From an uncultured Steroidobacteraceae bacterium (GTDB taxonomy: Bacteria > Pseudomonadota > Gammaproteobacteria > Steroidobacterales > Steroidobacteraceae): a stretch of 64,000 bases of DNA. Position numbers and translations under genes: made by a program. Positions 8,985 through 17,908 of the stretch are shown one piece after another. Location of the stretch: positions 7,195-71,194 of the forward strand of contig CAZVIF010000011.1 in NCBI GenBank assembly GCA_964626745.1, in the 5' to 3' direction. The notes beneath the pieces are model-generated. The model ran no database searches. It was not told the origin of the DNA and was given only the letters and a program-made list of their open reading frames with translations. Position 1 is the stretch's first letter. The number at the start of each line of letters is the position of its first letter.

Positions 8985-9764
8985 TCAATCGAGCCAGTTC
9001 GACAGCGATTCCGTGTGGCCGTCCACGCCGAGCGCCTGGCCGGAGACCATCGCGCCCTGCGCGGAGGCCAGGAAGAAAGCCGCATTCGCGATGTCTTCGG
9101 CCGCGACGAAGGAGCGCAGCGAAGTCTGCCGCTCGTAGACGCGTCGTATCTCCGCCGCGCTGAGCCCTCGCTTCGCGGCATCGCGCTCGATGACGCCGTC
9201 GATGCGCGGGCCGCGCACGCTGCCCGGGCAGATGGCGTTGACGCGGATGCCGGCGGGGCCGAGTTCCATCGCCAGCGTTTTCATGAAGCCGATCAGCGCC
9301 CACTTGCAGGCCGTGTACGGCGTGCGCAACGGATAGCCGAAGAACGCGGCGCTGGAGGAGATGAGGACGATCGAGCCGCCGCCGGCGGCTTTCAGCATCG
9401 GCACGGCGCGGCGGGTGCAGTAGAACTGGCCGTTCAGGTCGACCGCCACCGTGCGGTCCCAGTCGGCCGTCGCGATCTCCTCCACCGGTGCCGTGGGCCC
9501 GGAGATCCCGGCGTTCGCGACCAGCAGGTCGAGGCGCCCGTGCCGCGCAGCGACCGCGTCGAAGGTCGCGTCCACGTCGGACACGCTCGAGACGTCCGCG
9601 ACGTTCGCGGTGCAGGACAGCATCTCGGCATGGAAGCGCCGTACGGCCTCGGGGTCCGCATCGCAGACGTGCACGCGCCATCCCTCGGCCGCGAAGCGGT
9701 TGGCAATCGCGCGCCCTATGCCTGCAGCGCCGCCCGTGATCAGTGCCACCCGTGGTTCGCTCAC
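8985..9764 (-). CDS. SDR family short-chain dehydrogenase/reductase
   Basis: 259 aa from GTG 9764 with a GGGAGG SD. It carries the TGGAAGIGRA cofactor motif and the YTACK (YxxxK) catalytic motif. Confidence 0.9.
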   Translation of the reverse strand: MSEPRVALITGGAAGIGRAIANRFAAEGWRVHVCDADPEAVRRFHAEMLSCTANVADVSSVSDVDATFDAVAARHGRLDLLVANAGISGPTAPVEEIATADWDRTVAVDLNGQFYCTRRAVPMLKAAGGGSIVLISSSAAFFGYPLRTPYTACKWALIGFMKTLAMELGPAGIRVNAICPGSVRGPRIDGVIERDAAKRGLSAAEIRRVYERQTSLRSFVAAEDIANAAFFLASAQGAMVSGQALGVDGHTESLSNWLD

Positions 9765-9856
9765 GCCCTGGGACCTCCCGCGTGCCCGCCATTGTATGCT
9801 GTGACGAAGATGACGGATGCCACGCGCAAACCCCTCGCCAGCACCCGGAGGCGCCC

Positions 9857-10453
9857 GTGAAGGCGCCGGTCGCGCTCGGCCTGCTGCTGCTCGTCACCGC
9901 CGGCACGGCGCGGACCTCGGAAACCGAGGTCACGCGGCTCATGGAGGACTACTGGCGCGCGTACTCGCGTTCCGATTTCGTCGCGGCCGCGGCCTACCTC
10001 GACCCGCGCGACACCGGCGCACTGAAAGAAGGCCTCCTGCCGCTCTTCCTGCGTGCCGCCGAGAGCAGGAACGTCAACGTCGTTCCCCTGGTGAACTCCT
10101 TCTTCGAGGGCATTCCCGCCGGTGCGCGCGAGGAGATGACCGAGGCGCAGGTGTTCGCGGGCATGAACCGGATGATGCGCGACGTCATGCCGCAGGTCTA
10201 TGCGGACCTGCGCCGCGCGTCCATCGGCGCGATCCGCGTCACGCCGCGCGACGACGGCACGGCCGACGTGGCTTACACGATCCGCGTGCGCGGCGAGGCG
10301 CTCGAAGAGGCCGACCGCGCCAACCTGCACGAGGGCCGCTGGTACCTGCGCACGAGGGATGCGCCGGCCGTGACCATCGAGCGGTTCCGGATGCTGTTGG
10401 GACTCGAGTTCGAAACCGGCCCCGAGGTCAAACTGAGCCCGGAGGAACCATGA
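9857..10453 (+). CDS. secreted hypothetical protein
   Basis: In-frame GTG 9857 is preceded by GGAGG, followed by a signal-like VKAPVALGLLLLVTAGTA. Its stop overlaps the next start (ATGA at 10450-10453). No domain recognised. Confidence 0.5.
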   Translation: MKAPVALGLLLLVTAGTARTSETEVTRLMEDYWRAYSRSDFVAAAAYLDPRDTGALKEGLLPLFLRAAESRNVNVVPLVNSFFEGIPAGAREEMTEAQVFAGMNRMMRDVMPQVYADLRRASIGAIRVTPRDDGTADVAYTIRVRGEALEEADRANLHEGRWYLRTRDAPAVTIERFRMLLGLEFETGPEVKLSPEEP

Positions 10454-11562
10454 TGCCGCTCGCCGCCCTTGCCGCCGCGCTGTGCCTCGCCCTGCCGCTC
10501 GCCGGTTTCTCGCCGGCATCGCTTGCGGCCGATGCGGGCACGGCACCCGCCAAGACCCGCAAGGTCGTGCTCGAAGCGACGGGGAGCGGCTACCGCTGGA
10601 AGCTCGTCGAAGCGCCGGTACCGGCGCCCGGTCAGCGCCAGGTGCTGATGCGCGTGCACGCGGTCGCCCTCAATCGCGGCGACCTCGAGATGCTGGCGCC
10701 GGGCCCGGGCGCGGACCTGTCCGGCATGACGGTGGCGTCGGATGCGGCGGGCGAAATCCTCGCCGTCGGCAGCGAAGTCAGGGACTTCAGGCCCGGCATG
10801 CGCGTCACGACGCTCTATTTCCGCAACTGGGTCGACGGGCCGATGAACGACGAGACGCTGAAAGGCGCGCACGGCGCGTCGACCAACGGCGTGCTCTCGG
10901 AGTATCTCGTGATCGACGACACCGCGATCGCCCCGGCGCCCGCTGGCCTGGGCGACGCCGAGGCTGCGGCGCTGCCGACGGCGGGCTTGACGGCCTGGAC
11001 CGCCCTGAACGCCGGCGGCCCGATCGCGCCCGGCGACGTCGTGCTGGTGCAGGGCACGGGCGGCGTTTCCACGTTCGCGCTGCAGTTCGCCGCCGCGGCC
11101 GGCGCGAAGGTGATCGTCACCAGCAGCTCGGACGAGAAGATCGCGCGCGCCAGGGCGCTGGGCGCGGCGGAAGGCATCAACTACCGGACGACGCCGGAGT
11201 GGTCGAAGCGCGTGCTCGAGCTGACCGCCGGACACGGTGCGGACGTCGTCGTCGACGTGGGCGGCAAGGCGACGCTCGCGCAGTCCGCGCAGAGCCTGGC
11301 CTGGTACGGCACGCTCTCGGTGGTCGGCGGCCTCTCGGGCTACGACGGGCAGATCCCGGCCGTGAACCTCCTCATGCGCCGCGCGCGGGCCGAGGGAATC
11401 TACGTCGGCTCGCGCGCGGATTTCCTGCAGATGAGTGCATTCATCGCGCGGCACGGGCTGAAGCCCGTCATCGAGCGCGAGTTCCCGCTGGAGCGCTACG
11501 AGGAAGCGCTGTCGCTGCTCGAGTCGGGCGGCTTCGTCGGCAAGATCATCCTGAGGCCCTGA
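10450..11562 (+). CDS. MDR family (quinone oxidoreductase-like) NAD(P)-dependent oxidoreductase with N-terminal signal peptide
   Basis: 370 aa. The leader MMPLAALAAALCLALPLAGFSPASLAADA is followed by an MDR fold (VLMRVHAVALNRGD; Rossmann VQGTGGVSTFALQFAAAAGAKV). Confidence 0.85.
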   Translation: MMPLAALAAALCLALPLAGFSPASLAADAGTAPAKTRKVVLEATGSGYRWKLVEAPVPAPGQRQVLMRVHAVALNRGDLEMLAPGPGADLSGMTVASDAAGEILAVGSEVRDFRPGMRVTTLYFRNWVDGPMNDETLKGAHGASTNGVLSEYLVIDDTAIAPAPAGLGDAEAAALPTAGLTAWTALNAGGPIAPGDVVLVQGTGGVSTFALQFAAAAGAKVIVTSSSDEKIARARALGAAEGINYRTTPEWSKRVLELTAGHGADVVVDVGGKATLAQSAQSLAWYGTLSVVGGLSGYDGQIPAVNLLMRRARAEGIYVGSRADFLQMSAFIARHGLKPVIEREFPLERYEEALSLLESGGFVGKIILRP

Positions 11563-11568
11563 GGCGCC

Positions 11569-12648
11569 TCAGTCGCAGAGGATCCTGCCCTTCTCCGTGA
11601 GCGGCCGGCCGTCGAGCAGGATCTTCGGCTGCAGCACCGTCCAGTCCCAATGCACGGATGACTTGTTGAGGATGCCGGGCGGGATGTCCGGCATCAGCCC
11701 GCCGAGCAGGCTGAAGTCGCCCATGCCGCAGGTGATGGAGCCGTAGACGCGTTCCCACTCCTGGCTCTGGGTCTGCAGGGCGTTCGGGTTGTTGCCGACG
11801 TTCAGGTGGACCGGGCCGTAGAACGCCCCCGGATCCGCGAGCTTCTCGAGCCACTGCTCGAGGCGCGACGCCAGGATCGCGTCACCGCCGATGCGCGTCA
11901 GGCGGCCGTCCTCGAAGGTCAGCCGCAGCGGCGAGTCCGGTTTCTCGTGATAGACAGGGTGGTACAGCAAGGTGCCGTCCACGTTGATCGAGCCGGTGCC
12001 GCGACCCTTGGGCACGAGAATCCCTGGCTGCGCCGGCGGCAGGAAGGCCCACCGCGACTTCCAGTCCTTGCGATCCGGGTCCCACAGGAACCCGCAGCCC
12101 GCCTCGCCCTGCACGTCCCCGATATCAATGGCGAGCTCGTCGTCGCCGGTGACGACGACGCAGGACTTCGCCTCGGTGAAGCGCTGCGCGATCCGGTCCG
12201 CGTGCCGCCGCACGGCGTGGATGTCCGTGTGCAGCATCGTGCGGATCAGCACGTCGTCCATGAACGGGCCGCCGATGCCGTCGCCCGGGCACAGGACGCG
12301 GGCGCCGGCATTGACCGCATCGACGACGAACTGCGCGTAGCCGACCGCCATGTCGATGATGAGGTCCGCCTCGCGCGCCGCGGCCGCCAGCATCGCCGGC
12401 CACTTCGAGCCCGGCTGGTAGGTGGCGCCGCCCTGCGGTATGCGGCACTCGACCGTCATCGCCTCGGCTCCGAGCGCGATCGCCATGCCCTGGAACACGG
12501 CGACGACGTCGCCGGGCGTGCGCGCGTCGCTGATGACGAGCACGTTCTCGCCCTTCTGCAGGTGGCAGACGTCCTCGTAGATCAGCTTGACGACCGCGAG
12601 GGTGTCCGGCTTCAGCCTGCTCGCCACGTCCGGGGTCAGCGCCGCCAT
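11569..12648 (-). CDS. aminopeptidase-T (M29)-fold / NicX-like metalloenzyme, paralogue 1
   Basis: 359 aa from ATG 12648 with an AGGAG SD. The architecture resembles 2,5-dihydroxypyridine dioxygenase NicX and aminopeptidase T. Candidate metal ligands are GPVHLNVG and SSVHWDW. Confidence 0.75.
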   Translation of the reverse strand: MAALTPDVASRLKPDTLAVVKLIYEDVCHLQKGENVLVISDARTPGDVVAVFQGMAIALGAEAMTVECRIPQGGATYQPGSKWPAMLAAAAREADLIIDMAVGYAQFVVDAVNAGARVLCPGDGIGGPFMDDVLIRTMLHTDIHAVRRHADRIAQRFTEAKSCVVVTGDDELAIDIGDVQGEAGCGFLWDPDRKDWKSRWAFLPPAQPGILVPKGRGTGSINVDGTLLYHPVYHEKPDSPLRLTFEDGRLTRIGGDAILASRLEQWLEKLADPGAFYGPVHLNVGNNPNALQTQSQEWERVYGSITCGMGDFSLLGGLMPDIPPGILNKSSVHWDWTVLQPKILLDGRPLTEKGRILCD

Positions 12649-12703
12649 CGCGAATCTCCTGAGCCTGCCACTCGGCCGGATTATCGTCCGGGCGCGAGTC
12701 CCG

Positions 12704-12740
12704 GGCATCTCGATTTCCGCATGCCGGCTTCACGGCATCT
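12704..12740. promoter_or_regulatory. candidate LysR operator: two GGCATCT words 30 bp apart plus GGCAT-N12-ATGCC dyad
   Basis: GGGCATCTCGA at 12703 and CGGCATCTGGA at 12733. A GGCAT(12704-12708)...ATGCC(12721-12725) inverted repeat also sits here, in the 125-bp divergent region between the NicX-like gene and the LysR gene. Confidence 0.3.
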
Positions 12741-12773
12741 GGACACCGGCAGGTGCCTGACATAGCGTACAGA

Positions 12774-13682
12774 ATGCTCGGAGCGCTCTCGGACAGCGAC
12801 ATCAAGCTGCTGCGGATCTTCTACGTGATCGCGCAGTGCGGCGGCTTCTCCGCCGCCCAGGCGCAGCTCAACCTCAGCCAGTCCGCGATCAGCACGCGGA
12901 TGGCGCAGCTCGAGGCCCGGCTCGGCTGCCGCCTGTGCGAGCGCGGTCGCGGCACCTTTCGCCTGACCCACGAAGGCAACGCCGTCATCCTCGCCTCGCG
13001 CAAGCTGTTCGCCTCGCTCGAGGACTTCCGCACGGAGATCGCCGAGGCGCAGGGCAGCGCCTCCGGCGAGCTGCGCATCGGGATCATCGACAACAGCGTG
13101 ACGCACGAGGACGAGCGCGTCTCCCGGGCCATCGCCGCCTTCGCGACGGCGGCGCCGAACGCGCGCCTGCGCATCTTCATCGGCGGGGCCGTCGAGCTCG
13201 AGCAGCAGGTGCTCGATGACCGGCTGCACCTCGCCATCGGCCTCTTCCACCACCAGCTCGAGAGTCTCGAGTACACGCCGCTCTTCAGCGAGGAGCACAC
13301 GCTCTACTGCGCACGCCAGCATCCGCTCTTCGACGTGCCGGACGGCGAAATCACCGCGGAGCGCCTGCGCGAGGCGCGCTACGTGAGCTGGGGCTACGGC
13401 GAGGGCCTGCCCGGGTGGCAACCGCCGTTCACCTTCAAGGAAGTCGCGTCCTCCCCGTACGTGGAAGGCGTCGCCTACCTCATTCTTTCCGGCGCCTACA
13501 TCGGCTACCTGCCCTCACATTACGCGCGCCAGTTTGTCGCGGAGCGCCGCATCCGGCCGATCCTCGCCCGGGAAACCTGGCGATCCGTCGAGTTCAGCCT
13601 GGTCCGCAAGCGGTCGCCGCGGATCACGCGGCTGGTGAAGACATTCCTCGACGGGCTCGGCCTGCCCGCCGTCGCCGCCTAG
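12774..13682 (+). CDS. LysR family transcriptional regulator
   Basis: N-terminal HTH IKLLRIFYVIAQCGGFSAAQAQLNLSQSAISTRMAQLEARLG followed by a LysR substrate-binding domain. GTG 12753 is an alternative start. It is divergent from NicX-like paralogue 1. Confidence 0.85.
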   Translation: MLGALSDSDIKLLRIFYVIAQCGGFSAAQAQLNLSQSAISTRMAQLEARLGCRLCERGRGTFRLTHEGNAVILASRKLFASLEDFRTEIAEAQGSASGELRIGIIDNSVTHEDERVSRAIAAFATAAPNARLRIFIGGAVELEQQVLDDRLHLAIGLFHHQLESLEYTPLFSEEHTLYCARQHPLFDVPDGEITAERLREARYVSWGYGEGLPGWQPPFTFKEVASSPYVEGVAYLILSGAYIGYLPSHYARQFVAERRIRPILARETWRSVEFSLVRKRSPRITRLVKTFLDGLGLPAVAA

Positions 13683-15307
13683 CCGAGCGGTACGCCGCCC
13701 TCGACGAGGGCCCGGCGCAGCGGCGCCAGCTCGCGTTCCAGGCTTTTCCAGCGGCCGACCGACGTTGCATACACAGGCCGGCGCACCTGGGCGGCGCTGC
13801 CGGTCATCGACGGGTTCCGGTTGGTGTGAAAATCCTCGCACTGCGGATCCCAGGGCAATCCCAGGTGCGTGATCAGCTCGCGCGCTTCGCCGCCCAGGTC
13901 CGCGACGACGGCTTCGTAACGGATGTCGTAGATGCGCCCCGGCGGCAGGACCGCGCGCCAGTGATCCATCAGCCGGTAGTACGCCGCGTAGTACGCACCG
14001 AGCTCCTCGAGGTCGTAGGAGAACGGGTAGCCGTTGCGGAACAGGTACTTGTACATCGCGTAGCAGGCGTCGAGCGGGTCGCGCACGACGTGCACGATCG
14101 CCGCGTTCGGCAGGGCGAGGTGGATCAGGCCGATGTTCAGCGAGTTGAGCGGCAGCTTGTCGATGAAGCGCGGCCGATCGTCGCGCAGCGGCGCGACCTC
14201 CCGCAGGTAACGCTCGGCCAGCGTCCGCATCGGCAGCGCGGCCGCCAGCTGCGGCAGGCGCGCGCGGTCGATTCGGGCGCCGCCCTGCCCCTGCTCGACC
14301 AGGCGCATCATCGCGAGCGACAGCGTGTTGAGCTCGCCGAGGCTCTGTACCTGCCCGTGGGAGGACAGGATCCGCTCGACGAGCGTCGACCCGGTGCGCG
14401 GCATGCCGACCACGAAGATCGGCGCCCGCGCATCGTGGCCCTCGGCAGGGGCGGACATGCGGGCCGGCGAGAACGCCTCCCGGATCGCGGGAAAGATGGC
14501 GAGATCGTCCTTCAGGTCGTAGCGCGTGTGGCGGCGCTTGATGCCGGCCCCCCGCCGCAGGCACTCGAACGACTCGGCGTGCCGGCCGAGATCTTCGTAC
14601 TCCTTGGCGAGCGCGTAGGCGAGGTGCACGGTGCCGCGCCAGGACTTGACGCCCCGAGCCTCGCGCGCGCGCAACTCGTCGACGTGGTTGTCTTCCGGCG
14701 TGAACGTCCGCAGCGACGAACGCAGGCCGATGGTCTCGTAATCCTCCGGATCGAGCCGGATGGCGGCGTCGCAGGCGGCCTCCGCCCGGGGGATGTCCCC
14801 CAGGTAGCGGTAAACGGAGGCGAGCCCGCGCTGCACGTCCGCGTTCTCCGGCGCGAGCGCTTCGGCCTGGCGGTAGACCTCGAGCGCCTGCTGCTGCCCG
14901 CCGCAGCGGACCAGCACGCCGCCCAGCACGAGCAGGTGGTCGAGCCGGGAAACGCCGATGCCGAGCGCAGTCGCCGCCGACACCGCGGCGCCCACGGTGT
15001 CGCCGGCAATGACCTGGCAGCGGGCGCGCTGCACGTGCCGTTCAGCCAGCCCCGGCTCGAGCGCCGCCGCCCGGTCGGCCGCCGCGAGCGCGTCCGGAAC
15101 ACGGCCTTCGCGAAGCGCGATCTCGCCTTCCAGGGCCCAGACGTCCCCGACCTGCGCGTGCGCAGGCTTGAGTGCCTCCACGGCTTTCTGCGCCGCCGCC
15201 AGCTCGTTGCGCTGGAGCAGCGTCACGACGGCGCGCAGCCGGTTCTCGAGGTCTGGGGGTATAGCCATGGGGTCGAGCGGCCGGCGCAGCTGCCGCCGGC
15301 CGGCCAT
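13679..15307 (-). CDS. TPR repeat-containing sulfotransferase family protein
   Basis: 542 aa. The N-terminal half has TPR repeats. The C-terminal half is a sulfotransferase domain with the PAPS-binding motif VVGMPRTGSTLV. ATG 15268 is an alternative start. It lies 25 nt downstream of the TonB receptor. Confidence 0.85.
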   Translation of the reverse strand: MAGRRQLRRPLDPMAIPPDLENRLRAVVTLLQRNELAAAQKAVEALKPAHAQVGDVWALEGEIALREGRVPDALAAADRAAALEPGLAERHVQRARCQVIAGDTVGAAVSAATALGIGVSRLDHLLVLGGVLVRCGGQQQALEVYRQAEALAPENADVQRGLASVYRYLGDIPRAEAACDAAIRLDPEDYETIGLRSSLRTFTPEDNHVDELRAREARGVKSWRGTVHLAYALAKEYEDLGRHAESFECLRRGAGIKRRHTRYDLKDDLAIFPAIREAFSPARMSAPAEGHDARAPIFVVGMPRTGSTLVERILSSHGQVQSLGELNTLSLAMMRLVEQGQGGARIDRARLPQLAAALPMRTLAERYLREVAPLRDDRPRFIDKLPLNSLNIGLIHLALPNAAIVHVVRDPLDACYAMYKYLFRNGYPFSYDLEELGAYYAAYYRLMDHWRAVLPPGRIYDIRYEAVVADLGGEARELITHLGLPWDPQCEDFHTNRNPSMTGSAAQVRRPVYATSVGRWKSLERELAPLRRALVEGGVPLG

Positions 15308-15332
15308 GCTAGCGCCCGGCCCCGGACGCCGG

Positions 15333-17744
15333 CTAGTCGTAGCCGACAGTGAACCGGATGCCGAAGGTGCGCGGCCGGATCACGCCCCAGCCCTGGTCGC
15401 GGTCGCCGTAGAAGCTGGCGGTCGTCACCTGGGTTTCGCCGCGCTCGTTGCCGAGGTTGTCGCCGAACAGGCTGACCTGGTACTTGCCGGTGTCCCAAGT
15501 GACGGCCGCGTTCACGAGCGTGAACGAGTCGAGCTCGGCGAAGCTCATGGCCGGCACCGTCGGGATGTCGCGGAAGTTGGTCAGGGTGTCGCCGTGATAC
15601 GAAACGTCCGCGTGCAGGATCAGCTCCGACCCGCCCATCGGCACGCGGTAGTTGGCCGCAACGAAGCCCTCGTGCTCGGCGGACCCCGGCAGGCGGTTGC
15701 CGTCCGGAATGACCGTAGTCGGGTCGCCCTGCACGAACTCGAAGGCCTCGGTGACGCTCGCATCGATATACGTGTAGCCGACGATGAAGTCGAAGCGGTC
15801 GTTGACGACGCCCGACAGCTCCATTTCGATGCCTTTCGACTCCGCCGACGGCACGTTGTCCACGAAGTTGATGCCGAACGGCGAGACGAGGCTTGCCTGG
15901 AAGTTCTTCCAGTCGACGAAGAATGCCGTTGCGCTGTAACTGTAACGGGACGATGCGAAGCTGCCCTTGATGCCGATCTCGTAGCTGTCCACCTCGTCCG
16001 GCTCGTACAGCAGGAACGGCCGATTGTCGTTCCCGAACGGGTCGGTCTCGGGCAGCTGGTTCGCCCCACCGGGCCGGAAACCCTGCGCGAAGGTGGCGTA
16101 CACCATCGTGTCGTCGTTCAGGTCAACCGAGGTGTTCAGCTTGAAGATGCTCTCGTCGGCGTCGTACTCGGTCGGGTTGATACCGCCCAGCAGGAAGTCG
16201 TTGGTCGCCGTGCCGTAGTAGTAGTATTCGAGCGTCCGGGACGCATACGGAAGCGGAATGCCCGCCGAGCCGGTCAGTTCCTGCGAGAAGACGCGCACGC
16301 CGCCCGTCACTTGCCAGGCGTCGGTGATATGCCAGGTCAGCTCGCCGAAGGCCGCCATGTCGGTGAACTCCTGGTCGGCGCCGCCCGTCGCGAGCACGTC
16401 CGTGAAGTCCACCGGCGCCGGCGTCCCGAAGTACGCGTTCGTGTAGTCGTTCGCCCCTGAGGCGATCTGCAGCAGGTCGAACTTCAGCTCGCGCCGCAGG
16501 TAGAAGAGGCCGGCGACCCAGTCCAGCTTGCGCTCGCCGGTGGACACCAGCCGCAGCTCCTGCGTGAACGTGTCGACGTTCTGGCGGCGATCGATCGGCG
16601 CGTAGAGGCGCGGGTTGCCGAAGTAGTACTGAGGGAGGTTGGTGCGCAGGAAGCCGGACGAGTCCGAGATGCTGTGCACGTCCACGTCGGAGACGGCGGT
16701 CGAAGACGTCAGCCGCGCGAAGCCGAGGTCGGCCTCGATGTCGAGGTCCACCATCAGGAGCTCCGCATCCTGCGGGTCCGTGAAGGCCTTGTGGGTGACG
16801 TACTCGTCGCCCGACCCGAAGAAGCGGTTGTCCTCGTAGCGGTTGTCCGCGGAGATGTCCTGGTAGTTGACATTGATGCCGAAGCGCCAGGCCTCGTCCG
16901 GCTCGAACAGGAAACTCGCGCGCGCGTAGGTGTGGTCGGACGAGTTCGAGTCCTCGCGCGGCGGCGCCGGCACGGTGCCGCTGCCCAGGATGTCGTCGGG
17001 GTCCGCCAGCACGATCTCGCCCGGGTTGCGGGCCGTGCCCGTCTGCTTGATCAGGCCGATCGCGTCGATGAACCCGGACAGGTATTCGTGGCCGACCGAG
17101 GCGCGGAAGGCCGCCGTGTCCGACAGCGGGAGGTTCACCGTCAGCCCGGCGTCCCAGGACAGGTCGTCGGCCTCGTCGGTGACAGAGGTCTCCGCCCAGG
17201 CGTCGATGCTGGCTGCCGACGGCGACGGCGCGTTGGGGATGAAGCGCAGCGTGCCGCCGACCGAGCCCGCGCCGTACAACGTGCCCTGCGGACCGCGCAG
17301 CACCTCCACGCGCTGCAGGTCCACGAGCTTCAGCGGGAAGAACACCGGCACTTCGCCGAGATAGGTGGAGACCGTCGACTGGCTGATGCCCGGGTTGTCG
17401 TCGTTGTTGTTGCGCGCGTCGACGTTCATGCCGCGCATGCTGAAGGTGTTGCGGTTGCCGGAAACGCGCGGCCCTTCGTTGACCAGCGAAAGCCCCGGGA
17501 CCACGCGGATGAGGCCGGCCGGGTCCGAGATGCCGGTTCGCAGCAGCAGCTCCGAGGAGACCACGCTGATGTTGGAGGGCACGTCCTGGACGGACTGTTC
17601 GCGGCGCGTCGCCGTCACCAGCACTTCGTCGATGCGGGTGACCTGGGGCTCCGTTTCCTGCGCAGCAGCCACCTGCGACTGCAGCGCGATCGCGATCCCG
17701 ATGGCCAGCGGCGATCGGCAGACTGAAACCAGCTTCTTGCCCAC
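15333..17744 (-). CDS. TonB-dependent receptor
   Basis: GTG 17744 has a GGAGG SD, followed by signal VGKKLVSVCRSPLAIGIAIALQSQVAAAQE. Plug motif EVLVTATRREQSVQDVPSNISVV and a long beta-barrel follow. Confidence 0.9.
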   Translation of the reverse strand: MGKKLVSVCRSPLAIGIAIALQSQVAAAQETEPQVTRIDEVLVTATRREQSVQDVPSNISVVSSELLLRTGISDPAGLIRVVPGLSLVNEGPRVSGNRNTFSMRGMNVDARNNNDDNPGISQSTVSTYLGEVPVFFPLKLVDLQRVEVLRGPQGTLYGAGSVGGTLRFIPNAPSPSAASIDAWAETSVTDEADDLSWDAGLTVNLPLSDTAAFRASVGHEYLSGFIDAIGLIKQTGTARNPGEIVLADPDDILGSGTVPAPPREDSNSSDHTYARASFLFEPDEAWRFGINVNYQDISADNRYEDNRFFGSGDEYVTHKAFTDPQDAELLMVDLDIEADLGFARLTSSTAVSDVDVHSISDSSGFLRTNLPQYYFGNPRLYAPIDRRQNVDTFTQELRLVSTGERKLDWVAGLFYLRRELKFDLLQIASGANDYTNAYFGTPAPVDFTDVLATGGADQEFTDMAAFGELTWHITDAWQVTGGVRVFSQELTGSAGIPLPYASRTLEYYYYGTATNDFLLGGINPTEYDADESIFKLNTSVDLNDDTMVYATFAQGFRPGGANQLPETDPFGNDNRPFLLYEPDEVDSYEIGIKGSFASSRYSYSATAFFVDWKNFQASLVSPFGINFVDNVPSAESKGIEMELSGVVNDRFDFIVGYTYIDASVTEAFEFVQGDPTTVIPDGNRLPGSAEHEGFVAANYRVPMGGSELILHADVSYHGDTLTNFRDIPTVPAMSFAELDSFTLVNAAVTWDTGKYQVSLFGDNLGNERGETQVTTASFYGDRDQGWGVIRPRTFGIRFTVGYD

Positions 17745-17908
17745 TTGCGTTCCCCTCCGCCCGCGACCGGGCACCCTCACGTTACTGCAGCGGGTTTCCC
17801 GCGATAAATCTGTTTTTTGCCAAGCGAGCATTGGAGAATCCGAATAGCCCGACCACCGCCGCCGGCGGCACGCTACCCGCGCGCCGGTTGGCCGCCAGGA
17901 GCTTTGCC

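Noticed and set aside
7979-9181. Over-long N-terminal extensions in the ORF track. Examples: 7979..9181, 23789..24847, 30146..32110, 30922..33120, 34683..36122, 49322..50497, 59390..60478, 21627..23786, 9817..11562.
   Set aside because: The extensions overlap upstream genes and translate to Arg-rich junk. Internal ATG/GTG starts with SD sequences, signal peptides or ATGA/GTGA overlaps give canonical protein lengths. In several cases one track ORF actually contains two genes in the same frame.
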